Source: Bradyrhizobium sp. | GTDB taxonomy: Bacteria; Pseudomonadota; Alphaproteobacteria; Rhizobiales; Xanthobacteraceae | Direction of reading: 5' to 3' | DNA: 64,000 nt | NCBI GenBank assembly: GCA_035308285.1 | Contig: DATGGY010000243.1 | Span: 13-64,012 of the forward strand | Part shown: positions 39,981 through 50,727 of the stretch, piece by piece | Layout: each line of letters opens with the position of its first letter | Numbering within the stretch: the stretch's first letter is position 1 | The notes under the pieces: generated by a model | Database searches by the model: none | Told to the model about the DNA's origin: nothing | The model's input: only the letters and a program-made list of their open reading frames with translations | Made by a program: the position numbers and the translations under genes

Positions 39981-41354
39981 TCACGCGGCGTTCGCCACCA
40001 CGCGGTTGCGGCCGTCATGCTTGGCACGGTAGAGCGCCGTATCGGCGCGCTTGAGCACGTCGGCGACCGCCTCGCCTTTTCGCTCCAGCGTCGAAAGCCC
40101 GATCGAGATCGTGACATCGATGCGCCTGGTGCCTTTGTGGACCGCAAAGGGCTCGCCGGCGATCGAACGCCGAAGGCGCTCCGCGACCACGCCCGCCACA
40201 TGCAGGTCGGTTTCGGGCATCACAATGACAAACTCCTCGCCGCCGTAGCGGCAGGCGAGATCGATGCCGCGGATCGACTTGCGGACCCGCACGGCGAATT
40301 CGCGCAACACATCGTCACCGGCGTCGTGGCCGTAATTGTCGTTGATCGCTTTGAAAAAATCGATATCGAGCATCATCACCGCCAAGGGCTTGCCTCGGCT
40401 CGAAGCCTGTTCGGCGAGCGTCCCCAGATGGCTTTCCATGTAACGGCGGTTGTGCAGTCCGGTCAGCGCATCGGTGATCGCCATCTCGATAGAGTTCTGC
40501 ACATTGTCGCGCAGATGATCGGTGTAGCGGCGCTTGCGGATCTGGGTGCGCGCGCGGGCCAACAGCTCGTTCTTGTCGACCGGGCGAAGCAGGTAATCGT
40601 TGACGCCGATCTCGAGACCGCGCAAGAGCCGCGTGTTGTTGTCGGCATCGGAAATCGCAAGAATCGGCACTTGGCGGGTGCGCTCCAGCGAGCGCGCCTG
40701 GCTGCACAGCCGCAGGCCGTCGAAATTATCGAGGCCGAGCGAGACGATCAGAAGATCGTAATCGCCCTCGGCGGCGCGAAACAGCGCCTCGGAGGGGTTG
40801 GATTCGACGTCGACGGTGTGTTCGGTGCTCAGCACCGGCGCCAGCCGCTCAAAGGACGAAGGCCGGTCGTCGACCAAGAGGACGCGGCCGCCCTTCCCGG
40901 TGTCGGCCACGGCGCTGCGCTCCGGCGCCTGCACGCCGATCTCGAGCGAGGTGATGGCGCGCATCCGCAACTCGTCGGTCATCATCTTTAGCCGCGTCAG
41001 CGAGCGCACCCGCGCGATCAGCACGATGTCGGACACTGGTTTGGTGAGAAAATCGTCGGCGCCGGCCTCCAGGCCGCGCACCCGATCGGCGGGGCTATCC
41101 AGCGCCGTCACCATCACCACCGGAATGAAATGGGTCGCCGGATTGGACTTAAGCCTTCGGCACACCTCGAATCCGTCCATATCGGGCATCATGACGTCGA
41201 GCAAAATAATGTCGCATTCGGCGCGCGTGCAGATCGCCAGCGCCTCCGCGCCATTGGCCGCGGTCAGGACGTCGAAATATTCCGCCGAAAGTCGCGCTTC
41301 CAACAGCTTGACGTTGGCGGGCACATCGTCAACGACCAGGATACGCGCGGACAT
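39981..41354 (-). CDS. pleD: REC-REC-GGDEF diguanylate cyclase
   Basis: MSARILVVDDVPANVKLLEARL, RGID I-site, GGEEF; downstream of divK. Confidence 0.97.
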   Translation of the reverse strand: MSARILVVDDVPANVKLLEARLSAEYFDVLTAANGAEALAICTRAECDIILLDVMMPDMDGFEVCRRLKSNPATHFIPVVMVTALDSPADRVRGLEAGADDFLTKPVSDIVLIARVRSLTRLKMMTDELRMRAITSLEIGVQAPERSAVADTGKGGRVLLVDDRPSSFERLAPVLSTEHTVDVESNPSEALFRAAEGDYDLLIVSLGLDNFDGLRLCSQARSLERTRQVPILAISDADNNTRLLRGLEIGVNDYLLRPVDKNELLARARTQIRKRRYTDHLRDNVQNSIEMAITDALTGLHNRRYMESHLGTLAEQASSRGKPLAVMMLDIDFFKAINDNYGHDAGDDVLREFAVRVRKSIRGIDLACRYGGEEFVIVMPETDLHVAGVVAERLRRSIAGEPFAVHKGTRRIDVTISIGLSTLERKGEAVADVLKRADTALYRAKHDGRNRVVANAA

Positions 41355-41364
41355 TGAACTCTCC

Positions 41365-41730
41365 CTATCCGATGAAACGTCGGACGGTCTCGATAAACTT
41401 GCCGACCGAAATCGGCTTGGACAGATACGCCTCGCACCCGCCTTCGCGGATGCGCTCTTCGTCGCCCTTCATCGCGAATGCGGTGACTGCGACCACCGGA
41501 ATGGCGCGCAGCTCCGGATCGTCCTTGATCCACCGGGTCACTTCGAGACCAGACACTTGCGGAAGCTGGATGTCCATCAGGACGAGATCGGGACGAAGCT
41601 TGCGCACGAGATCAAGCGCCTCGAAACCATTGCTGGTGCCGGAAGTCTGATAGCCGTGTGCCTCGAGCAGATCGCGAAAGAGCTTCATATTGAGCTCGTT
41701 GTCCTCCACGATCAGGACGGTTTTTGCCAT
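41365..41730 (-). CDS. divK: Single-domain cell-cycle response regulator
   Basis: [22 protein letters not shown]...[19 protein letters not shown]. Confidence 0.97.
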   Translation of the reverse strand: MAKTVLIVEDNELNMKLFRDLLEAHGYQTSGTSNGFEALDLVRKLRPDLVLMDIQLPQVSGLEVTRWIKDDPELRAIPVVAVTAFAMKGDEERIREGGCEAYLSKPISVGKFIETVRRFIG

Positions 41731-41967
41731 CCCGCCCCTCCCATCCCCGTTATATCGTCACGGCATGCGGCGCAACAACGGCCGCCAACGGTGCCAAAAA
41801 GTGAAGTCAAACTAGCGCCAGATTCGCTCTAACCCGTTAAGCCCGACGACCACCCTGGTGCGATCTTTATGCGAAGTGGTTTCCACTTGCTTGAACAGGT
41901 TCCGCAGACTCGGGCATGATCTCTTGGAAAATAGAGACCATAAGTTACGGAAAGGCAAATTGCTGCG

Positions 41968-42267
41968 GTGGGAAAATCCACTCAAAATCCCCGGGAAGTG
42001 GCTGAAATCGTTGCAGTTCAGGCGCTAGGCTTTGTCGCTGATGACCCCGAGCGATTGGGTGCGTTCCTGGCCGAAAGCGGGATCGGGCCCGATACGCTGC
42101 GCGGTGCCGCCGCCGACCCGCGTTTCCTCGCCCATGTGCTCGATTTCGTCCTGCGCGATGACGCAACCGTGAAAGCATTTGCCGCCGCCTCGCAACTTGA
42201 CCCCACCAACATTGCCGCGGCGCATCAGGTGCTGAGCAATCCGAAATGGGAGCGCGACGTGCCGTGA
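41968..42267 (+). CDS. DUF3572 family protein
   Basis: AEIVAVQALGFVA...FLAESGIGPDTLR...FLAHVLDF; divergent from divK. Confidence 0.85.
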   Translation: MGKSTQNPREVAEIVAVQALGFVADDPERLGAFLAESGIGPDTLRGAAADPRFLAHVLDFVLRDDATVKAFAAASQLDPTNIAAAHQVLSNPKWERDVP

Positions 42268-43550
42268 CCAAATTGGTGGAGGGATTGACCTGCTTCTGCC
42301 GGGACTGCCTCCGTGATCTGGACATTGGAGCGAGGCGGTGCGGCGACTGCGGCTCGCCTCGCCTGATCCGCCACCATGCGCTGCCCTCGCTCACGCTTGC
42401 CCATATCGATTGCGACGCCTTCTACGCCACCGTCGAGAAGCGCGACAATCCCGAGCTTGCCGACAAGCCCGTGATCATCGGCGGCGGCAAGCGCGGCGTG
42501 GTGTCGGCCGCGTGCTACATCTCCCGTACCTACGGCGTGCGCTCGGCGATGCCGATGTTCAAGGCGCTCGCGCTATGTCCCTCCGCAACCGTGATCAGGC
42601 CGGACATGGCCAAATATGTCAGGGTGGGCCGGGAGGTGCGTCGTGCGATGCTGGCGTTGACGCCGCTGGTGGAGCCGCTTTCGATCGATGAAGCGTTCCT
42701 CGATCTTACCGGAACCCAGCGCGTTCACGGCATGATTCCCGCCAAGGTGCTGGCGCGGTTCGCCCGCGAGGTCGAGCGCGACGTCGGCATCACCGTTTCG
42801 GTCGGGCTTTCCTGCAACAAATTCCTGGCCAAGGTCGCCTCCGACCTCGACAAGCCGCGCGGCTTTGCAACTATCGACCAAGACGAGGCGCGCGCCATGC
42901 TCAAGGACAAGCCGGTCGGTTTTATCTTCGGCGTGGGACCGGCGACACAGGAACGGCTGACCCAGCGCGGCTTGCGCACCATCGCCGATTTGCAGCGCGC
43001 CGATGAAAACGAACTGATGAAGCAGTTCGGCACCGAGGGCCGCAGGTTGTGGCGGCTGGCGCGCGGAATCGACGACCGCCGCGTGGTACCCGATCGCGGT
43101 GCCAAGACGATTTCGAGCGAAACCACTTTCGAGAACGACATCCGCGATTATACCACCCTCGAAAGAATGCTGTGGCGGCTCTCGGAGAAGGTGTCGGCAC
43201 GGCTGAAGAGCGGCGAGCTTGCGGGATCGACCATCACGCTGAAGCTGAAAACCGCCGATTTCCGGCAGCGCACCCGCTCGCAATCGATTCACGCCCCGAC
43301 TCAGCTTGCGGCAAAGATTTTCGCGGTATCGAGGGAAATGCTGGCAAAGGAAATCGACGGCACCGCTTTCCGCCTGATGGGTGCCGGTGTCAGCGCGCTC
43401 CGCCCGGGCTCGCAGGCGCACGACACCGACATGCTCGATCGCCGCTCCGCCGACGCCGAGCGCGCGATCGACAATCTGCGCAAGAAATTTGGCCAGGCCG
43501 CTGTGATCAGGGGCATCGCCTATGACGGGCCGGAGAAGGAGGAGGAGTGA
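42264..43550 (+). CDS. dinB: DNA polymerase IV
   Basis: HIDCDAFYATVE, SIDEAFLD, N-terminal CRDC/CGDC; GTG start overlapping the upstream stop. Confidence 0.93.
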   Translation: MTKLVEGLTCFCRDCLRDLDIGARRCGDCGSPRLIRHHALPSLTLAHIDCDAFYATVEKRDNPELADKPVIIGGGKRGVVSAACYISRTYGVRSAMPMFKALALCPSATVIRPDMAKYVRVGREVRRAMLALTPLVEPLSIDEAFLDLTGTQRVHGMIPAKVLARFAREVERDVGITVSVGLSCNKFLAKVASDLDKPRGFATIDQDEARAMLKDKPVGFIFGVGPATQERLTQRGLRTIADLQRADENELMKQFGTEGRRLWRLARGIDDRRVVPDRGAKTISSETTFENDIRDYTTLERMLWRLSEKVSARLKSGELAGSTITLKLKTADFRQRTRSQSIHAPTQLAAKIFAVSREMLAKEIDGTAFRLMGAGVSALRPGSQAHDTDMLDRRSADAERAIDNLRKKFGQAAVIRGIAYDGPEKEEE

Positions 43551-43600
43551 GTTAAGACGGATGAGGACCCACCACCGTCATTGCCGATCGGGAGCAGTCG

Positions 43601-44479
43601 TCATCTACACGGCCTGGAATCCTTGACGTCGAATTTTCCGAGCGCGCCGGAGATAACGAAGTCATTATAGTCGAGCACCAGCGCCCGCGAGACGCCGTTC
43701 TCGAACAGTTCGAACGACATAGAATAGATCGGCGTCTGCTCGCCATTGCTCGGCTTGGCATCGCGATCGAAGTAGCTGACCGTGACCGGCCACCGCGTCA
43801 TCGACTTCATGACGTCGTTCTCGGTCGAGGGGTCCGGAGATGCGATGGACCGGCTGCCGGGGATCGGCTGCCCAATCACGGAAAGGGTATTGAAGATCTT
43901 TTCGCCATTGTCCGAGCCGTCATAGACCGTGAGCTCGAGCAGGGATTTGCCTTCCTTCGCCGCGGCAATGATGCGCTGGATCTGCTCGGTCGGAAATACC
44001 GTCGAGCCGTCAAGCGTGAACGTCTTGTTTTCGGGCTGCTTCAATTTAACCGTGATGTGATCCCCGGTCCGCTCCGCGATCCCATCCACCGGGCTCGACT
44101 CGGTGTCGTTCATGCGCGAATCGATCTTGAACCGATAGGTCTTGCCGGCGCCGTCTTCCCACGAAGTCGAGCGCAGGTCCGAAAGCGAAATTTTGCCCTC
44201 GCCGCTATTCATCTCCGACACTTGCCTGAATTCGGACGTGTATCCTTCGCAGGAGCTGCCCGAGAAACTGTAGAGAATGCGCCCCCGCGCGCTGCTGATC
44301 GAATTGGAACCGCGCGACTTCAACAGGCTGAGTTCGTAGAGCGCCTGATGCGGGAGAAACGCGCCGCTCGCCGCGGCGTTGGCCCTTTCCCCGACAAACC
44401 CTGTCGCCATCGCCGCCGCAGCGAGTATCGGCGCCAACGATTTGGCGTCACGCGGCAAAATCGGAAATAAGCGGGCCAT
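43601..44479 (-). CDS. eipB: EipB/DUF1849 envelope integrity protein
   Basis: PHQALYELSL, GSSCEGYT, FPTEQI, WPVTVSYF, FELFENGVSRALVLDY. Confidence 0.85.
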   Translation of the reverse strand: MARLFPILPRDAKSLAPILAAAAMATGFVGERANAAASGAFLPHQALYELSLLKSRGSNSISSARGRILYSFSGSSCEGYTSEFRQVSEMNSGEGKISLSDLRSTSWEDGAGKTYRFKIDSRMNDTESSPVDGIAERTGDHITVKLKQPENKTFTLDGSTVFPTEQIQRIIAAAKEGKSLLELTVYDGSDNGEKIFNTLSVIGQPIPGSRSIASPDPSTENDVMKSMTRWPVTVSYFDRDAKPSNGEQTPIYSMSFELFENGVSRALVLDYNDFVISGALGKFDVKDSRPCR

Positions 44480-44762
44480 GTTTTTTCCTCGGGTGGAGTG
44501 TGATCTGAGAGGATAGGAATCGGTTTTCCAACCAGACCCTGCTCGTACAAAAGCCGGGCTCCGACACATTATTCGCAGCGCCATTGCGCCGCAACTGCGG
44601 TCACATCACGGAAAAGTAGGATTTATGGACGAATTGCCATGTTTTTTGGCATTTCCGCCACCACCCTGCCCTCGCTTGCAAGTAGATACTCGATGCGCGA
44701 AACAGAAGCGGCCCCGATCGGATCCATCGTCGGGTGCCGGAAAATTCAAACGGGGACGAACC

Positions 44763-45230
44763 ATGACGGGTACGGTCGAACAAAAACTTGCGGCACAGGG
44801 CGTCGTCTTGCATCAGCCGCCGAGCCCGGTGGCGAACTATGTCGGGTTCGTGCGCAGCGGAAACCTGCTGTTCGTCTCGGGGCAGGTGTGCGTCAATCCG
44901 GAAGGCAAGCTGATCTCCAGGGGTAAACTCGGCGCCGGCGTCACGGTGGAACAAGGCAGCGCCGCCGCGCGCGGTTGCGCGATCAACCTGCTGGCACAGG
45001 TCAAAGCCGCGCTCGACGACCTCGACAAGGTGGTCCGGGTGGTTCGCCTCGGCGGGTTCGTCAATTCCGCTCCGGATTTCCTGGACGGGCCGAAAGTGCT
45101 CAACGGCGCCTCCGACCTGATGGTCGAGGCTTTCGGCGACAAAGGCCGCCATGCCCGCACCACCGTAGGGGTCGCGTCGTTGCCGTCCGACGCGTCGGTC
45201 GAGGTCGAAGGGCTGTTCGAGGTCTCCTGA
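44763..45230 (+). CDS. RidA/YjgF family protein
   Basis: PVANYV, LFVSGQ, NGASDL, GRHARTTVGV. Confidence 0.92.
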   Translation: MTGTVEQKLAAQGVVLHQPPSPVANYVGFVRSGNLLFVSGQVCVNPEGKLISRGKLGAGVTVEQGSAAARGCAINLLAQVKAALDDLDKVVRVVRLGGFVNSAPDFLDGPKVLNGASDLMVEAFGDKGRHARTTVGVASLPSDASVEVEGLFEVS

Positions 45231-45244
45231 CACGGAGGCGTGGG

Positions 45245-45991
45245 ATGCGCACGCCCGACTGGTTGACAGCGCGGCCGGTCGCCCATCGCGGTCTGCACGA
45301 CCGCGCGCGCGGCGTCATTGAAAATATGCCGGGTGCGGCGCTGGCAGCGATTGAGGGCAATTTTGCCATCGAATGCGACATCCAGCTCTCGGCCGATGGC
45401 GAGGCCATGGTGCATCACGACGATGCGCTGGGCCGCCTCACCGAAGGTTCCGGCACCCTGCTCGGCCTGACCTCGGAAGCGCTCAAGGCGGTCCAGTTCA
45501 AGGACACGCCGGAGAAGATGATGTCGCTTGGCGACCTCTGCGCGCTGGTCAAAGGCCGCGTCCCGATCGTGATCGAGGTGAAGAGCCGTTTTGACGGCGA
45601 TCGCAAACTGGTGCGGCGAATGACGGAAGTGCTCGATAGCTATTCCGGACCGACCGCCGGCATGTCGTTCGATCCGGACCAGGTGCTGGCGCTGCGCGAA
45701 ACCATGCCTAAACTTCCCCGCGGCATCGTGGCGGAACGCGTCTACACCGAAGCCGATTGGCCACATGCGACGGCGGCCCAGCGCAAGGGCATGTTGCATC
45801 TCATGCACGCGTTCCAAACGCGCCCGCATTTCGTCGCCTATTGGGTGAACGACTTGCCGGCACCGGCACCCTGGATCGCGCGCCACGTGTTCGGCCTGCC
45901 GCTCCTGACCTGGACGGTGCGGACAGAGGACCAGCGCAAGCGTGCCGCCCGCTACGCCGATCAGATGATCTTTGAGGATTTCAGGCCTTAA
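45245..45991 (+). CDS. Glycerophosphodiester phosphodiesterase family
   Basis: AHRGLH, IECDIQ, HHD, IEVK, LTWTVR. Confidence 0.9.
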   Translation: MRTPDWLTARPVAHRGLHDRARGVIENMPGAALAAIEGNFAIECDIQLSADGEAMVHHDDALGRLTEGSGTLLGLTSEALKAVQFKDTPEKMMSLGDLCALVKGRVPIVIEVKSRFDGDRKLVRRMTEVLDSYSGPTAGMSFDPDQVLALRETMPKLPRGIVAERVYTEADWPHATAAQRKGMLHLMHAFQTRPHFVAYWVNDLPAPAPWIARHVFGLPLLTWTVRTEDQRKRAARYADQMIFEDFRP

Positions 45992-46129
45992 GAGCGCCCT
46001 CTACGGTCTGTGCGAGCGTCAAATCAGCGGAACCCATGCTCTTGAAGTCGCAAGCGCAATGCCCGATCTTAACAGCGAGGTCACCATGGCCGATGGCTAA
46101 ACGTGACGCGTGACCGGCTTAAACAATCG

Positions 46130-47386
46130 ATGGATTCATCCGAAATAACGCTCGAAGCCGTCTCGTCCGTCAGCCAGATCGCGGCCGAAGACTGGGACGC
46201 CTGCGCCAATCCGGTTGCGGATTCCGGCAGCCTCGACGCTCTCGACACGCTGGCCTTGCCCACCCTCCCCAAGGTCTCCAGTGCCGCCTCAAAATCGCCC
46301 TATAACCCATTTGTTTCGCACGCATTTTTCTCTGCGCTCGAGGCGTCGGGATCGGCCTGTGCGCGGACCGGCTGGGGACCGCGGCATTTGCTCGCTCGCC
46401 GAGACGGCGGCATCGCGGGCATCGTGCCCTGCTATCTGAAAACGCATTCGCAAGGCGAATACGTATTCGACCGCGGCTGGGCTGACGCCTATGAGCGCGC
46501 CGGCGGGCGCTATTACCCGAAGCTGCAGGCCTCGGTTCCCTTTACGCCGGCGACCGGCCCGCGCCTGTTGATCCGCGAGGACGTCGACAGAGACGAGATC
46601 GGCAGCGCGCTGGCGAGCGGCCTGATCGCGCTATGTGCGGCGACCAGTGCCTCATCGGCGCACGTCACCTTCACGCGCGAAGCGGAATGGAAGCTTCTCG
46701 CCAAGCATGGATTCCTGCAGCGGACCGACCAACAATTCCACTGGCGCAATCAAGCCTATGGCGGTTTCGACGATTTCCTCGCCACGCTGAACTCGCGCCA
46801 CCGCAAGGCGATCAAGCGCGAGCGGCGCGAGGCGGTGGCCAACGGCATCACGATCCATGCGCTCAACGGAAGCGACATCACCGAGGAGGCCTGGGACGCT
46901 TTCTTTGCCTTTTACATGGAGACCGGTTCGCGCAAATGGGGCCGGCCTTACCTGAACCGCGCCTTCTTCTCGCTGATCGGCGAGACCATGGCGAAAGACG
47001 TGCTCTTGATCATGGCGAGACGCAACAACCGCTGGATTGCAGGGGCCATCAATTTCATCGGGTCCGATACGTTGTTCGGCCGCAACTGGGGTGCGATCGA
47101 ACATCACCCGTTTCTGCATTTCGAGGTGTGCTATTATCAGGCGATCGACTATGCCATTTCGCGCGGCCTGAAGACGGTCGAGGCCGGCGCGCAGGGCGAG
47201 CACAAGATCGCGCGGGGGTATCTGCCGCAAACCACTTATTCGGCGCATTACATCGCCGACCCCGGCTTGCGCCGGGCGATCGATGAGTATCTGCGGCGCG
47301 AACGCGCTTATGTGGCGGAAGCCGGACGCGAACTCACTGACGCCGGGCCGTTTCGCAAAGCCAACGACGAGTCCGCGAACGACTAG
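46130..47386 (+). CDS. FemAB-like GNAT protein (DUF482)
   Basis: HSQGEYVFDRGWA, PFTPATG, LHFEVCYYQAI, GAQGEHK. Confidence 0.9.
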   Translation: MDSSEITLEAVSSVSQIAAEDWDACANPVADSGSLDALDTLALPTLPKVSSAASKSPYNPFVSHAFFSALEASGSACARTGWGPRHLLARRDGGIAGIVPCYLKTHSQGEYVFDRGWADAYERAGGRYYPKLQASVPFTPATGPRLLIREDVDRDEIGSALASGLIALCAATSASSAHVTFTREAEWKLLAKHGFLQRTDQQFHWRNQAYGGFDDFLATLNSRHRKAIKRERREAVANGITIHALNGSDITEEAWDAFFAFYMETGSRKWGRPYLNRAFFSLIGETMAKDVLLIMARRNNRWIAGAINFIGSDTLFGRNWGAIEHHPFLHFEVCYYQAIDYAISRGLKTVEAGAQGEHKIARGYLPQTTYSAHYIADPGLRRAIDEYLRRERAYVAEAGRELTDAGPFRKANDESAND

Positions 47387-47406
47387 AATCCAAGCGAGGA
47401 GCGTCC

Positions 47407-47835
47407 ATGCCCGCCTATGACCCCCAAAACCCCTTCGCAAAAATCCTGCGCGGCGAATTCCCCTGCTACAAGATCCATGAGGACGACCATGCACTCGCCT
47501 TCCTCGACATCATGCCGCGCAGTCCCGGCCATACGCTGGTGATCCCCAAGGCCCCGGCGCGCAACATCCTCGATATTTCACCAGAGGATTTTGCTTATGT
47601 CGCCCGCAGCGCGCACAAAATCGCGCGGGCTGCGATGACAGCGTTTGCGGCCGACGGCATCACCATTCAGCAATTCAACGAGCATGCCGGTGGACAGGTG
47701 GTGTTTCACCTCCACGTGCACGTGATGCCGCGCCACAACGGCGTGGCGCTATTACCCCCGGCAAGCCGCAAAGAAGACGGCAAGGTGCTGGAGGAAAACG
47801 CGGCGAAGCTGATCGCGGCGCTGAAGGAAGCGTGA
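47407..47835 (+). CDS. HIT family hydrolase
   Basis: FAKILRGE, GHTLVIPK, HLHVH. Confidence 0.93.
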   Translation: MPAYDPQNPFAKILRGEFPCYKIHEDDHALAFLDIMPRSPGHTLVIPKAPARNILDISPEDFAYVARSAHKIARAAMTAFAADGITIQQFNEHAGGQVVFHLHVHVMPRHNGVALLPPASRKEDGKVLEENAAKLIAALKEA

Positions 47836-47847
47836 TCGCCGCGACGC

Positions 47848-47966
47848 CGTCATTGCGAGGAGCAAAGCGACGAAGCAATCCATCTTTCCGCTTGCCGCGC
47901 CAAGGATTGCTTCGCGGAGCCTGTCATCGGGCGTGCATTCGCGCGACCCGTTGGCTCGCAATGACG
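47848..47966. repeat. REP element
   Basis: CGTCATTGCGAG...GAAGCAATCC...GGATTGCTTC...CTCGCAATGACG between convergent genes. Confidence 0.88.
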
Positions 47967-47978
47967 AAAAGCGAAACC

Positions 47979-48470
47979 TCACTCCACATCCCCATCCCCA
48001 CCCTTCTGCGCCGCGAGTGGCGAGAATTCGCAGCGGTCAGGCTTGAGGTCGATCAGCGGCGTTTCATCGAGGCAGTCGAGCCCCCGTACCAGGACCGCGT
48101 TGCCCTCAATCCCCACCAATTTGACGATCGAGGTGCCGATCGGATTGGGCCGCACTGGCGAGCGCAGCGAAAACGTGCCGCGGGTCAATCCGTTCTTCTT
48201 CGGGCTTTGTAGCACGAGATTGCGCCGCGAGTGATGCAGCCAATAGATCACTTCGAGATGGTTGTAGAAATCGACACCCTTCAGCGCCGGTACCCATGGC
48301 TCGAAAATCTCGAGCCGGCAAACCGGCCCATTGTGACTTCCTTGCCGCGGAGTGTCGTCACGCGACTTCCAGGGCGTCCGGATCCGGCCGATGAAGACGA
48401 GGCCCGCATCGCTCGTCTTCGGCATCTCGACGGCGACTTCACCCTCGCGGAGTTCACTTTCCTCAACCAT
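47979..48470 (-). CDS. TsaA/TrmO-like SAM-binding protein
   Basis: IGRIRTPW, GTFSLRSPVRPNPIG, GLDCLDETPLIDLKP. Confidence 0.88.
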   Translation of the reverse strand: MVEESELREGEVAVEMPKTSDAGLVFIGRIRTPWKSRDDTPRQGSHNGPVCRLEIFEPWVPALKGVDFYNHLEVIYWLHHSRRNLVLQSPKKNGLTRGTFSLRSPVRPNPIGTSIVKLVGIEGNAVLVRGLDCLDETPLIDLKPDRCEFSPLAAQKGGDGDVE

Positions 48471-48473
48471 GTT

Positions 48474-49448
48474 TCAATCCAATGAGATGTTTTGGGCCTT
48501 GATCACCGCCGACCAGCGCGCCCGATCGGCGTCGATGAATTCCTTGATGGCGACATCACTGCGCGGACGCAGCACCGAATAGCCGATCTTCTCCAACGAG
48601 ATGCGGAACCCATCGTCATTCAGCGCCCGATCGAGGCTGCCCTTGAGAATTTGTACGTTGTTATCCGGCACTTTTGCCGGAGCGACAACACCGAACCAGA
48701 CACTGACGAGGTAATCGGGATAGCCGCTCTCGGCAATGGTCGGAACGTCAGGAAGATCGGAAATCCTGTGCGCGGAGCTGACGCCGAGCGCCCGCAGCAT
48801 CCCCGATCTCACGGGAGGAAGCGCCGTGCTGACGGAGTCGAACATGACCTGAATGTTGCCCGCCAACAGATCAGTCAGCGCCGGTGCCGCGCCCTTGTAC
48901 GGCACATGGGTCATCGCGATGCCGGCCATTTGCTTGAACATCTCGCCGGCGAGGTGAATGGTGCCTCCGGTCCCCGCCGAACCGAAACTGAGCCTGCCGG
49001 GATTTTGTTTGGCATAGGCGACAAATTCGGCAACCGTCTTGGCAGGCAGGGAGGGGTGGACCTCCATCACCACCGGAACCTCGGTGATCAACGCCAGCAT
49101 CCGGAAGTCCCTGACCGGGTCGTAGGACAGTTTCTTGTAGAGCAACGGATTGAGCACGATCATCGAACCGGCAACAATCAACAGCGTGTAGCCATCCGCG
49201 TCGGCGCGGGCCACGGTTTCGGCGCCGATCGCGCCCTGAGCGCCCGGCTTGTTCTCGACAAATGCCGTCTGACCAAGGTCCTTGCCGAGAAAATCCGCCA
49301 CCAGCCGGCCGAGAATGTCGGTTGGACCGCCCGCCGCATAGGGAACGACCACCCGGATCGGACGCGCCGGAAACTCGGCGGCGTTGATGGCTGCCGTCGT
49401 TGTGAGGACCAGCCACGCGATCAACGCCGACCTGAAAGGCCACTTCAT
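48474..49448 (-). CDS. Bug/TctC substrate-binding protein
   Basis: FPARPIRVVVPYAAGGPTD, ENKPGAQG, HVPYKG, PDVPT. Confidence 0.93.
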   Translation of the reverse strand: MKWPFRSALIAWLVLTTTAAINAAEFPARPIRVVVPYAAGGPTDILGRLVADFLGKDLGQTAFVENKPGAQGAIGAETVARADADGYTLLIVAGSMIVLNPLLYKKLSYDPVRDFRMLALITEVPVVMEVHPSLPAKTVAEFVAYAKQNPGRLSFGSAGTGGTIHLAGEMFKQMAGIAMTHVPYKGAAPALTDLLAGNIQVMFDSVSTALPPVRSGMLRALGVSSAHRISDLPDVPTIAESGYPDYLVSVWFGVVAPAKVPDNNVQILKGSLDRALNDDGFRISLEKIGYSVLRPRSDVAIKEFIDADRARWSAVIKAQNISLD

Positions 49449-49528
49449 GCCGCTTCTCCGAGGGAGCCGGGTGAGAGAGTAGCGGAATGCGGGCCGGCTG
49501 CAATTCGAACCAGCAGCGGGCGATGCCG

Positions 49529-49885
49529 TCAGCCAAGCCACCATTTGCCGGCAAGCATCAGAATCTCGCCCGAGGCCACGCCGGCGAATATCGAGTGCCG
49601 GGTGACCATGAAGACGACGCATCCGCCCGCCACCGCCGCATAGCGCAGCCAATCGGGGACGCTCGACAGCGCCCCCGGCGGCAGCACCAGAATCTGCGCA
49701 ATGACGCCGGCGAGGATCGCGGTCGCGACCGCCCTCACCCACACCAGGAGTTCGGAGCCCTCGTCGACGCCCGCGCCGAGCCAGAGTCCGATCATGCGCC
49801 AGACTTCGTTGGGCAGAAAGCCCGCGAGCAGGAGCACCAGCAACGCGTGCCAATCGCCGATGAAATGGGCCGCCCAGTCGCTCAT
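49529..49885 (-). CDS. AzlD-like membrane protein
   Basis: Small hydrophobic ORF coupled (ATGA) to the AzlC-like gene. Confidence 0.75.
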   Translation of the reverse strand: MSDWAAHFIGDWHALLVLLLAGFLPNEVWRMIGLWLGAGVDEGSELLVWVRAVATAILAGVIAQILVLPPGALSSVPDWLRYAAVAGGCVVFMVTRHSIFAGVASGEILMLAGKWWLG

Positions 49886-50619
49886 TCCTGCTCCCGCCAC
49901 CAGTGAACGGCGTAGGCAATTGTTCCCGCAGAAGCGCCGCTTATCAGGATATCGACGCCGGTGTGAAACATCGCAACCAGCGGATACAAAGCGAGCCCCA
50001 ACAAGAGTGCCAGAATATCCGCAAGGTGCCGGCAGTTGCGCGCGGTCGAAAACAGGAAGGCCAGCGGCGTCAGCAGCAGGATTGCGGCGGCGAACAGCTC
50101 CGGGAGATTGGCGGCAAGGCCATAACCTGTCGTGGTTGCGGTCAGGCACACCAAGAGGAGACCGGAGCCGAGCCCATGGACGTAGGCGATGCGCCGCTCG
50201 GGCGGTACCTGTGGCAGCAGGCGAAAGCATTCGACCCACAAGGTAACGGCGACGAAATGGGTGGCGAGGATGAGCTGCCGGCGTTTCGTCTGAGGCGTGC
50301 GCATCATCGGCAACACCGACACCACCATCGGAAACAGCCTGATCGCGCTGACCGTGACGGCGATCGCCGCCTGCAGCGCGGTTGCCCCCGAACCCAGCGT
50401 CGAGATCAGGATGATTTGCGCCGGGCCCGCCCAAACGCACAGCGTACTCGCCAACACCCAGCCGAGGCTGAAATGCGTGTCATGCGCGAGCGCGCCGATG
50501 CCGGCATAGGTCGTAAACAATACCAGCGTCAGCACCGTGGAGGTAACCGACCGCATTCCCCATGCGAAAGCGCGCAAGGGGCCGTGCCATCTGTCTGAGT
50601 CGAGCGCGGGAAGAGCCAA
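49882..50619 (-). CDS. AzlC family branched-chain amino acid exporter permease
   Basis: VWAGPAQ motif; multiple TM segments. Confidence 0.82.
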   Translation of the reverse strand: MALPALDSDRWHGPLRAFAWGMRSVTSTVLTLVLFTTYAGIGALAHDTHFSLGWVLASTLCVWAGPAQIILISTLGSGATALQAAIAVTVSAIRLFPMVVSVLPMMRTPQTKRRQLILATHFVAVTLWVECFRLLPQVPPERRIAYVHGLGSGLLLVCLTATTTGYGLAANLPELFAAAILLLTPLAFLFSTARNCRHLADILALLLGLALYPLVAMFHTGVDILISGASAGTIAYAVHWWREQE

Positions 50620-50727
50620 TGGAAGCCGGACCGTTTGAAATCGCCGCGCGCATAACGCTGGCGAAATTGCGGCGCGTCAAGCGAAGGGGACATCACGGCT
50701 GGCATGCAGCGTGAGTTGGATGTGACT

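Noticed and set aside
41820-41950. CtrA box upstream of divK
   Set aside because: Only half-sites (TTAA, CTAA); no TTAA-N7-TTAA with correct spacing.
48474-49448. Third Bug gene as part of the island repeat
   Set aside because: Distant paralog with backbone-like GC, opposite strand, and no evident nucleotide-level identity to the 30685 copy.
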